A stretch of 64,000 nt of DNA. It comes from Mytilus edulis (lineage: Eukaryota). How positions within the stretch are numbered: the first letter of the stretch is position 1; each line of letters starts with the position of its first letter. Position numbers and translations under genes: made by a program. The stretch spans positions 72,416,001 through 72,480,000 of the forward strand of contig NC_092344.1 in the NCBI RefSeq assembly GCF_963676685.1, written 5' to 3'. Under the pieces are notes generated by a model. It was not told the origin of the DNA. It saw only the letters and a list, made by a program, of their open reading frames with translations, and searched no databases. This document shows positions 29,101-37,394 of this stretch, one piece after another.

Positions 29101-31104
29101 TTAGAACATGAATTTAAAGTTTCATGTCATGCATACTAAGGTAAAGAAAAGCAAAAAAGCGACTCAAAGAACTAAATAGAAAAAGACGAAATGATCTGAT
29201 TTTCTGTACCTCAATTTTTTTTAACTGAAAAAAAAAAAAAAAAAATGTCTTCACTGGGAACTCTCGAGCTGAAACCTACACTCTTCAGGTTAGTAGGGAC
29301 AATACTCTGTCTTTAATTTTGTCATTTTTGCGCATTGGATCGTTAAAGACCCTGTCAGTGGTTCAAAATATTGCTTATCAAAGACATGTCTACTAAGTTA
29401 ACGAATGCTGCATTCGAATAGGGACAGCTCTATTCATTCTCAAAAATTTTGCAATCTTTTGACATAGAAAACACCCTTTTCTATTTAAAATAGATATTCT
29501 ACATTATAAGGTGTCGACTTTAAGTTAGGAATGGAACTTGAATAACTTTGAAAAGTTTAATTTGTTATAATAAAACTTAAACAAAAGGTTGCCACATATG
29601 TGATATGAATGACACACCAACCTTTAATGACAGTACCCTTTTATGTTCCCTTATCTTTGGAAATCTTAAAAATCTTAAATATCTTCTTTTTAATTATTGG
29701 TTTCCCCTTAAACATCGGACATTAATTTTGAATAGTTCTGCTTTAAAATTCATCTAGTAATCTTTCTATTATTTAAAATTATTAAAGGTTAAGCTTTTTC
29801 ATGTCCAGCAGCACATATTACAGTGTTATCCGGATTCATCGTTATACGATGCGGGAAAAAATGCTATTGTCAAGTTCAATTTCAAATAAATAGATTCGTG
29901 TTTGAACAAAACTTTGATCTGATGTACAATGATTGGTGTATTCATTGTTGGTCTTTAATGCCACTTTTAGCATTATTTGCTATTTCATGGCGCCCAGCTG
30001 TTTTTGAGTGTAGAAAGCTGAGACGCCCGGAGAGAACCACTGACCTTCGGCAGGGAAACTGTCAATCCTAGTCACTTCAGATTGGAGTCGAACCAAGCTA
30101 CCACGTGTAGGGTTCGAACTCTGAAATAAGCAGTGAAGTAGTAATTTTTACTAACGAAAGAAACTTGTTTCTCACTTTATCCAGTTTTCGTTTGCTATAT
30201 AGTTTTGTTTTCTATTATTCAAGTTGAAGAAACCAAGACGTTTTAAAAACGATTTGAAGAAAACAAGGTAGCCGAGTGCATAGTTCTTTCAAACATATTA
30301 TTTTATCGCTAGAAGGCTGTGTCGTCAGTAACAGATAGAAAACTCAGGGTAAGAATTTATAGAGCAGACAAGGGGCAGTGGCAAATATTTCATGTATATT
30401 ATGAACACAGAGAAGATTACCCCGGCACCCTTTGCCAAAAAAAAAATCTTTTTCATCCATGTGCCTTTGGACTTTATGTTTTGAATTGTAGTTTCACTTT
30501 CCATATTCGGTATTCATTCTAATGTAAGCTCCACGTGGCAAAAATCACGTGATGCAGGAATATTGTATCTTGGAGTTAGGCTATTTCTTTCTTTTCGGGC
30601 GGGGACTCCAGGCAGACAACATGCATGTTTTATAACGCAACTGTATATTTTCTTATTAAATGAAGAAAGTTGCCGGTCCAGTACAAGGATAGATCGGTTA
30701 GAAAGCAAGGTTTTAATTTTAATTAGATTGGAAAGCTTAATTTGAGAGTTAAAATCGGAGAGGACGAAAAAAAGGGGGGGGGGGGGGGGAGCGGGTTCTT
30801 CCACAGGGAATATTTTTATCTTAGGAACTCTACATTAAAAAGTTTTTTTTAATTATTTATTTAAAAAAAAAGAAAGGGAAAAACAATTGTAAGGCAAATT
30901 GTGAAGGTTCTTTCTTCCTTTCTCCCGTGGGGCTATCTCGCATATATCTGGTTTACCGTCAAACCGAGCGCATGCATGTCTTTTGGTTGTTTCTGTCAGT
31001 AGGTGGCTGTATCATTGACGTCTATCCCATATTTTCATATTGAAGCACAATGCACACGTAAATATTGTTTTAGAACATGAATTTAAAGTTTCATGTCATG
31101 CATA

Positions 31105-31159
31105 AGTAGTATATATTGTGTGGCAGCAGCAAATATTTTTGCCACGTTGACAAAAATTT
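31105..31159 (+). repeat. Left terminal inverted repeat (perfect core; degenerate similarity continues to about 31585)
   Basis: Exact reverse complement of 48993-49047. Confidence 0.97.
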
Positions 31160-31496
31160 TGCCCCCGTCAGCAAAAATTGCATAATATATTTGTTGGATA
31201 ATATCAAAATATTGATTTTTAATTTGTAAAATATAAAAGAATGTTTTTATTTTTTTTTTCACTGCATTAAACAATTTTAATGCATTACCAATCAATTTAA
31301 CATTGTTGATATGCTGGATATGGAAGTAGTAAAAGTAAATTGAACATTTAAAAAAAATTTTCATTTCATTAAACAATTTAACGCATTACCAATCATTTAA
31401 ATTGTTGATATGCTGGATATGGAAGTAGTAAAAGGAACATTTAAAACAATTTGAGAGCTTTAATTTGATAAAAGTTTAATTGGTAAATATAATAAT

Positions 31497-31538
31497 TAAC
31501 CCTAACCCTAACCCTAACCCTAACCCTAACCCTAACCC
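31497..31538 (+). repeat. Telomeric repeat tract (TAACCC)7 inside the Polinton left end
   Basis: Seven perfect hexamers. A mirror TAGGGTTAGGGTTA sits at 48600-48613. Confidence 0.95.
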
Positions 31539-31585
31539 AAACAAAAATATCATACATTATAAATTATTATTATTATTAATAAAAC

Positions 31586-31942
31586 ATGGATGAGATAGAA
31601 TCATGTGAAAATATAGCCAGACTTGATAACATATTCGATATAATATATGCAAAGTCAGTTTTTGACATTCTGAAGAAGGAAAATCAAGTGGAACACATAA
31701 GTGGAGGAAATGCATGGGATTTTTTTTATCAAGTAGAAACAGATAAAGTGTACACCGATTTTGTTAATTTAGTCAGACAATCAAATATTCCAGATAATGT
31801 GAGAGTCTACTATCAACTTACATTTTTACAATCAACAGATTGGAAAAATACTATATTGAAAACACCGCACAGAGCATCTCGTATAATAGATAAAGTTGAA
31901 AAAATGATAGATTTGGAACCTATTTTTAACAATGGAAAATGA
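31586..31942 (+). CDS. Polinton ORF1, hypothetical protein (118 aa)
   Basis: AAACATGG start context; overlaps the integrase start by 11 nt. No recognised domain. Confidence 0.65.
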   Translation: MDEIESCENIARLDNIFDIIYAKSVFDILKKENQVEHISGGNAWDFFYQVETDKVYTDFVNLVRQSNIPDNVRVYYQLTFLQSTDWKNTILKTPHRASRIIDKVEKMIDLEPIFNNGK

Positions 31943-33086
31943 TGATTTAGATGAAAAACTTAGGAATGTATATTACAATACAGCAAATGGGGGAGCATAC
32001 CTAAGTGCTGAAAAAATTTATCAAACGTTGAAGACATCAAGAGATGGAAATGTACCAAGCGTATACAAGATCAGGAAATGGATGGAAAAAATAGACGACT
32101 ACAATTTACAAAAACCTGTAAAACGTAGAATTAAAAGAGTGAAAATAATTGTATCGGAACCGTATGAGCAATACGATGCTGACCTTATGGATGTATCCAA
32201 CATACAGAAATATAACAATAAGACACGTTTCCTGTTGGTTGTTATCGATATTTTCACACGGTTTTTATGGATTTATCCATTAAAAAACAAGTTTGGGAAG
32301 ACAGTAGCTGATGCATTTGAAAAAATCTTCAAACATGGTAAAATCCCTTTGAAGGTTTCCACAGATGCGGGAACTGAATTCAAAAACAAAGATTTGAAAC
32401 GTGTGTTTAAAAAATATGACATTTACCATCATGTCTATTTAAATTCCGACAGTAGTAAAGCGTCAATAGCAGAGAGGGTCAATTTGACATTTCGGAGGAT
32501 GATGTTCCGATATTTTACAAAGCATAGAACTTATAGCTATCTCAATGTTCTACAAAATTTGGTAGCAAGTTATAATGCAACGCCACATAGAAGTTTAAAT
32601 AATACAGCTCCAAAAGATGTGAATGAGAAAAACAAATATGATTTGTGGGCATATATGTATATTAAAACTCCACCCAAAGAAAAACGAATCAGAGAAAAGA
32701 AAGAAACATTAAAAGTACAACGTAAAAGAGGGAAACAGTTTCATTTTAAAATCAATGACATGGTAAGACTGAGCCATTTGAAGAAACCGTTTCAAAGAGC
32801 TTATCAGCAACAGTGGACCTCCGAAATATTTAAAATATATAGACGATTTCTAATACATGGGAAAATCTTTTATAAAGTACAAGATTTTTTGGACAAGGAA
32901 GTTGTAGGCAATTTCAATTATACAGAGTTGCAGCGTGTGAAAAAGGAGGCTGACGCATTGTGGTTTGTTGAGAAAGTGCTTAAATGGCGAAGGCGGAATG
33001 GTCAACGTGAGGGTTATGTAAAATTCCAGGATTGGGATAAACGTTTTTGTCAGTGGATTCCTGAGAGAGATATTGTTGACTTTTAA
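31932..33086 (+). CDS. Retroviral-like (rve, DDE) integrase with a C-terminal chromodomain-like module
   Basis: Catalytic motifs QYDADLMD, VSTDAGTEF and SIAERVNLT; also FLLVVIDIFTR and YNATPHRSL. The C-terminus FVEKVLKWRRRNGQREGYVKFQDWDKRFCQWIPERDI is chromo-like. Confidence 0.95.
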   Translation: MENDDLDEKLRNVYYNTANGGAYLSAEKIYQTLKTSRDGNVPSVYKIRKWMEKIDDYNLQKPVKRRIKRVKIIVSEPYEQYDADLMDVSNIQKYNNKTRFLLVVIDIFTRFLWIYPLKNKFGKTVADAFEKIFKHGKIPLKVSTDAGTEFKNKDLKRVFKKYDIYHHVYLNSDSSKASIAERVNLTFRRMMFRYFTKHRTYSYLNVLQNLVASYNATPHRSLNNTAPKDVNEKNKYDLWAYMYIKTPPKEKRIREKKETLKVQRKRGKQFHFKINDMVRLSHLKKPFQRAYQQQWTSEIFKIYRRFLIHGKIFYKVQDFLDKEVVGNFNYTELQRVKKEADALWFVEKVLKWRRRNGQREGYVKFQDWDKRFCQWIPERDIVDF

Positions 33087-33087
33087 A

Positions 33088-33495
33088 ATGAGCTTTTACA
33101 TGGTCATTAACAGTAACAAAAATTTAGACATTTACCCACATAACAGACCACACAAATTCCGTACATATCTTCAGACGCCAATAGTGATGAAATCAAAATG
33201 GAAAGTCGCATTAGTTGATATTAAATTATCATCAAATAATGATCTATATATATATGCAAACATATGCGGTGATGTAATAGTCGATGGTAACAAACAACCC
33301 TTATTGAAGCGAATATGTTGCTGCTCTCAAACTGAATACTACCACTTTGATCAACTTGCATACATTCCAGTGGTGAAAAGTGAAATAAGAGACATTGAAT
33401 TCTTTATTACTGACATGCAAGGGAGTCATGCATCATTTTTAAAAAATCCAGTGTCGATTACACTGCACTTCAGGTCGTATCCATACTTTGCATGA
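33088..33495 (+). CDS. Minor capsid protein / penton (PX-like, single jelly-roll), compact 135 aa form
   Basis: Polinton penton-type N-terminus (MSFYMVINSN...PHN...F...WKVALVDI) and C-terminus (LYIYANI...VDG...LLK...YIPV...IEFFITDMQG...ITLHFR). First ATG at 33088. Confidence 0.75.
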   Translation: MSFYMVINSNKNLDIYPHNRPHKFRTYLQTPIVMKSKWKVALVDIKLSSNNDLYIYANICGDVIVDGNKQPLLKRICCCSQTEYYHFDQLAYIPVVKSEIRDIEFFITDMQGSHASFLKNPVSITLHFRSYPYFA

Positions 33496-33962
33496 TAATC
33501 ATGGAATTGAACAATTCTCAATATGTGCTAGACCCTAGGACATGGATAATGTACTATGAAAATCTAGCGAATGACAAACATCACAATTCATATCTTAATA
33601 ATTCATACAGAAGAACTATCCAGAGTGGTGGTTCCCTCACTAATTCAGCAGCTAGCTTCATGGAACCAATCACATTACCACAAAGTAAACCACATGCGCA
33701 ATCACCCATTAAACTTGTAACACATGCACAGCAGCAGGTGGAAAATGCTAAGTCGGAAATTAGTCGAGCTGTGAAAAAGATAAAACGCAAACGTGGGAAG
33801 TTACAAAACAGTAATAGAAAAAGCCATAGAGGGGAGCAGAAGAAAACGAAAAAGACAAAGAAAGGAGGAAGGAAAAATAAAACAAACAGTAAGAAAGGAA
33901 GTGTACAGAGTGTGAAAAAAAGATTAAAGAATCAGCTAATTGAAAAGGATATTTTCCAGTAA
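33492..33962 (+). CDS. Lys/Arg-rich basic protein, putative virion core/DNA-condensing protein
   Basis: Strongly basic C-terminal half, an IQSGGS motif, and position between the penton and MCP. Confidence 0.65.
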   Translation: MIIMELNNSQYVLDPRTWIMYYENLANDKHHNSYLNNSYRRTIQSGGSLTNSAASFMEPITLPQSKPHAQSPIKLVTHAQQQVENAKSEISRAVKKIKRKRGKLQNSNRKSHRGEQKKTKKTKKGGRKNKTNSKKGSVQSVKKRLKNQLIEKDIFQ

Positions 33963-33970
33963 AATTCAAA

Positions 33971-35293
33971 ATGGCTAAAATAAATCCTGAAACATTTCAT
34001 GAGCTGCAACCAAGTCAGTTGTCTTTATTCAATCTACCAGGTCATCAAACTGCAGTCACAAGAATCACATATGAACATATTCGACCAGCTGCAACTTTTA
34101 CAAAGACATCGCCAATAGAGTTTCACATATCTGGTGGAACAGAGTATCTAGACTTAAGTAAATCAACAATGCATGTACGTCTAAGACTTAAAAGAGGAGA
34201 TGGAACCATAGCAGATAGCAGTGACGTTAATTGCGGGCCTGTGAACTATGTTTTGCATGCATTATTTAATCAAATAGATGTTTTAATTCAAAATAAAATT
34301 GTCACATCTTCAACAGGATTTTACCCTTACAAAGCTTATATGCAAACTTTATTGAAATATGGGAAAGAAGCTAAAGAATCGCAGCTCTCAAGTCAATTAT
34401 GGATAGACGATCATCAAGGAACATTGGATGATGCAGATTGTAACACAGGATCAAATCTTGGGCTCTACAGAAGAACAGCATACATAAAAAATGGTAAAAC
34501 TGTTGATCTTGAAGGAAACATTTTCCATCCCCTGTTTTCAATGAATCGTTACATATTAAATCAAGTAGGAGTTACTGTGAAATTCTACAGATCGAGACCA
34601 GAATTTTATCTAATGTCGGTTGATGAAGATGCTGATTATTACCTTGAGATTGAAGATATGTATCTATCAATAGCAAAGATCCACGTTCACCCCGGCATTG
34701 TATATGGCCACGATTCTATACTCAGGACAGTAAACGCTAAATATCCCATTGTGCAAAATGATGTTCGCACAATTTCACTTCCAGCTGGTCAAATAAGTTT
34801 TAACTTCAACAACATATTCCAGAATAATAGACCCAATAAGGTATTGATAGCCTTTACGGGGAGTCAAAACATAGCAGGTGACTACTCACTATGTCCGTGG
34901 ACATTCAAACATTGCCACCTAAGTGAAATAAATCTTAAAGTTGAGGGAGTGCCAGTTTCCGGGAATCCTGTCAGAGTAAAATTTGACTCGTCAAGTGGAG
35001 AATCATCCATTGTTGCATTTCGCAATCTATTTGAGGTTGCTGGGAAAACTCTGCAAGACTGTGGTAATGGATTAAACAGAGACAGTTTTTCTGAAGGATA
35101 TGCCTTGTATGCCTTTCAACTGGAACCAATTTTTGAAGGTTTAGATTATTTAACATTGAAAAGGAATGAACGTGTCAATTTGGAATGCACATTTGATTCT
35201 CCCCTCACTGAACCAACAACTATAATCATTTATAGTGAATTTAGTGGATATTTTGAAATAACTCAAACTCGAGACATCATAATTCAAGAATGA
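33971..35293 (+). CDS. Major capsid protein (double jelly-roll hexon/PY-like), 440 aa
   Basis: N-terminal SQLSLFNLPGHQTAV...PIEFHISG..EYLDLS pattern, plus LHALFNQIDV, YPYKAYMQTLL and GYALYAFQL, as I recall from Polinton/adintovirus MCPs. Size fits. Confidence 0.88.
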   Translation: MAKINPETFHELQPSQLSLFNLPGHQTAVTRITYEHIRPAATFTKTSPIEFHISGGTEYLDLSKSTMHVRLRLKRGDGTIADSSDVNCGPVNYVLHALFNQIDVLIQNKIVTSSTGFYPYKAYMQTLLKYGKEAKESQLSSQLWIDDHQGTLDDADCNTGSNLGLYRRTAYIKNGKTVDLEGNIFHPLFSMNRYILNQVGVTVKFYRSRPEFYLMSVDEDADYYLEIEDMYLSIAKIHVHPGIVYGHDSILRTVNAKYPIVQNDVRTISLPAGQISFNFNNIFQNNRPNKVLIAFTGSQNIAGDYSLCPWTFKHCHLSEINLKVEGVPVSGNPVRVKFDSSSGESSIVAFRNLFEVAGKTLQDCGNGLNRDSFSEGYALYAFQLEPIFEGLDYLTLKRNERVNLECTFDSPLTEPTTIIIYSEFSGYFEITQTRDIIIQE

Positions 35294-35757
35294 ACACTAT
35301 GCAATTGGAGTGTATGATTAATTGTGATGAACTAATGAAGGATAAAATTGTTGGTATATTTGCAGCAGATCAGATACCTAAGATAGTGAGAAATCGACCC
35401 ATGGGATTTATTTGTAACACTGAAAATCATTTTGAGAATGGTGCACACTGGATCGCCTTTTTCATAAATGAGGAACGAAGAGGGATATTTTTCGACAGCT
35501 TCGCACACTCTCCCGATTATTATTCACGTCACTTCTTAAAATTCTTTGAACACAATGCGATATCTCTGGAAATAAATCAAAAACGATTACAGAGTGAGAA
35601 TTCATCAGTATGCGGTCAATATTGCATTTTCATCTTATCACTCTTATGTAGAGAGTATGATCTAACTAACATTCACGATTTTTTCAGTGATAATCATCAA
35701 GCAAACGACATCTTTGTTTTCAATGTGATTGGTAAAACCTATTCACACTGCATATGA
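35290..35757 (+). CDS. Adenain-like cysteine protease (capsid maturation protease)
   Basis: GIFAADQ, ICNT, catalytic His in GAHWIAF, FFDSF, and catalytic Cys in LQSENSSVCGQYC. Confidence 0.93.
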   Translation: MNTMQLECMINCDELMKDKIVGIFAADQIPKIVRNRPMGFICNTENHFENGAHWIAFFINEERRGIFFDSFAHSPDYYSRHFLKFFEHNAISLEINQKRLQSENSSVCGQYCIFILSLLCREYDLTNIHDFFSDNHQANDIFVFNVIGKTYSHCI

Positions 35758-35819
35758 AAAAGTGTTTAAAATGATGAGACACATGGTAACAATCATCATT
35801 CGAGCAAGAGGTGATCATC

Positions 35820-36461
35820 ATGAGTTTGGTGAAATTTCAAACACCCATGACTTCAATATGTGTCGGTCCAACGGGTTCAGGAAAAACTACATACATTAAA
35901 AGATTATTAGAGAACGCTCAGGAAATGTTTACAATACCACCTCAGAAGATATACTACTGTTACAGCATATGGCAAGATGTCTTCGATGAATTGAAAAAAA
36001 CTGTCTCCAACATTTCATTTCAACTGGAACTGCCTGATGAAAGTGATTTTCTTGTTGATAAGGATATACACACATTATGGATCATTGATGATAAAATGGA
36101 TGAAGTAGTGGACTGTAAACTGATGCAGAAGATTTATTGCGTTTTAAGTCATCACACCTTAACATCAATTATTTTTATACTACAAAATTTATATCAGAAG
36201 GGGAAGGTTATGCGATCAATCAGTTTGAATTCTCACGTCTTTTTTCTTTTCAAAAATGGTAGAGATTCACTGCAAATACAATCTTTAGCTCGACAAATGT
36301 TTCCAGGTCAAGTTCGCTTTTTCATGGACGTTTACCAACGTGCAATTAGCAGACCATACAATTGCTTGATAGTGGATATAGCACCAGGTTCAAACCCTAA
36401 ATATCAGTTGCGCGCAAATCCTTTTCCGGGGGAGGACACGATTGTTTATCAACCAAAATGA
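35820..36461 (+). CDS. FtsK/HerA-family (A32-like) DNA packaging ATPase
   Basis: Walker A GPTGSGKTT, Walker B LWIIDD, ILQNL and RSISLN. First ATG at 35820. Confidence 0.93.
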   Translation: MSLVKFQTPMTSICVGPTGSGKTTYIKRLLENAQEMFTIPPQKIYYCYSIWQDVFDELKKTVSNISFQLELPDESDFLVDKDIHTLWIIDDKMDEVVDCKLMQKIYCVLSHHTLTSIIFILQNLYQKGKVMRSISLNSHVFFLFKNGRDSLQIQSLARQMFPGQVRFFMDVYQRAISRPYNCLIVDIAPGSNPKYQLRANPFPGEDTIVYQPK

Positions 36462-36799
36462 TTTTAAAAGAATCAAGTAGAAGCTTCCTTAAATTATTGG
36501 CGAACACTACACCTGAACAATCTGCTCAAATCATAAAAAGCACGGACCACAGACAATTACAACTATTAGTAGAAATAGTATTCAACTGTCTAAAAAGCGT
36601 CATACCATTGTCTGAGAGGGTTAAAAGGAATCTTTCAACTTTTGCAAAGTTCATTCGTGCTGTGGTAGTTAATAATATAACACCTCAGTTGAGGAGAAAA
36701 CGTTTACTGAAGATAATTGTTATTATTCCAACATTGATATCATCTTTTTTCAAATACTATGACTCGGGAGTTAATACTATTACCCAAGGAGAAATATGA
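36458..36799 (+). CDS. Small Polinton-type helical protein (PW-like)
   Basis: LKLLA...LLVEIVFNCLKSVIPLS...LRRKRLL followed by a hydrophobic segment, resembling the small ORF usually found beside Polinton ATPases. ATGA-coupled to the ATPase. Confidence 0.6.
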   Translation: MILKESSRSFLKLLANTTPEQSAQIIKSTDHRQLQLLVEIVFNCLKSVIPLSERVKRNLSTFAKFIRAVVVNNITPQLRRKRLLKIIVIIPTLISSFFKYYDSGVNTITQGEI

Positions 36800-37154
36800 A
36801 AGATTGATGAATATGTCCAACCAATGTGAAATTGTTAATGTGAAAGAAAAAGAAAAGGAATATGATGGTAAAGATAGTGACAGTATAAAAACAGAAATAA
36901 ACCTAGAAGAAGATGTAACCAAACAACATGGTAGTGGTCAGGTTTTGCAAAAAACAGAATTGAAAAATTTAAAAGAAACTGTAGATCGATCAAAATCAGA
37001 CAATCAAGAGGAAAATAGGATGGATGTTGATGAATATGATGGTGCAGCAGAGGGTAAAGCTATCAAGATGTCTCCTGAAAAATTCTTAAGAAATGTGGAA
37101 AAATCGCAAAATCGCAAAAGATTAAAGAGTAAATGGTTATCATTTCATTTGTAA
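36759..37154 (+). CDS. Charged hypothetical Polinton protein (131 aa)
   Basis: MTRELILLPKEKYERL start and terminal KWLSF resemble a recurring Polinton ORF type. Contains QHGSG; AATAAA follows at about 37292. Confidence 0.6.
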   Translation: MTRELILLPKEKYERLMNMSNQCEIVNVKEKEKEYDGKDSDSIKTEINLEEDVTKQHGSGQVLQKTELKNLKETVDRSKSDNQEENRMDVDEYDGAAEGKAIKMSPEKFLRNVEKSQNRKRLKSKWLSFHL

Positions 37155-37394
37155 TGAAGAAGTGGATTATTTAAAACTATTGGAGACTTCAATCAATCAC
37201 TTGTATTTTTCTTTAAATTTGTCTATATTTATATATGTATATAATATATTGTCTATTTGTATATTTACACTGTGTACCTTTAAATTTAATTAATAAAATA
37301 AATATTTAGATAACATATGTTCGCCTATTAGTTCTAGTCCACGATCGCGTAGTATATATAAAACGTTGAAAGTGCTATTGATATCACAATTGTC

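Noticed and set aside
31083-31376. 97 aa minus-strand ORF across the left Polinton junction
   Set aside because: It spans TIR and host satellite sequence and has low-complexity AT-rich composition.
31497-31538. A true chromosome end or telomere-healing site
   Set aside because: It is only seven units, internal to an element bounded by intact TIRs and a TSD.
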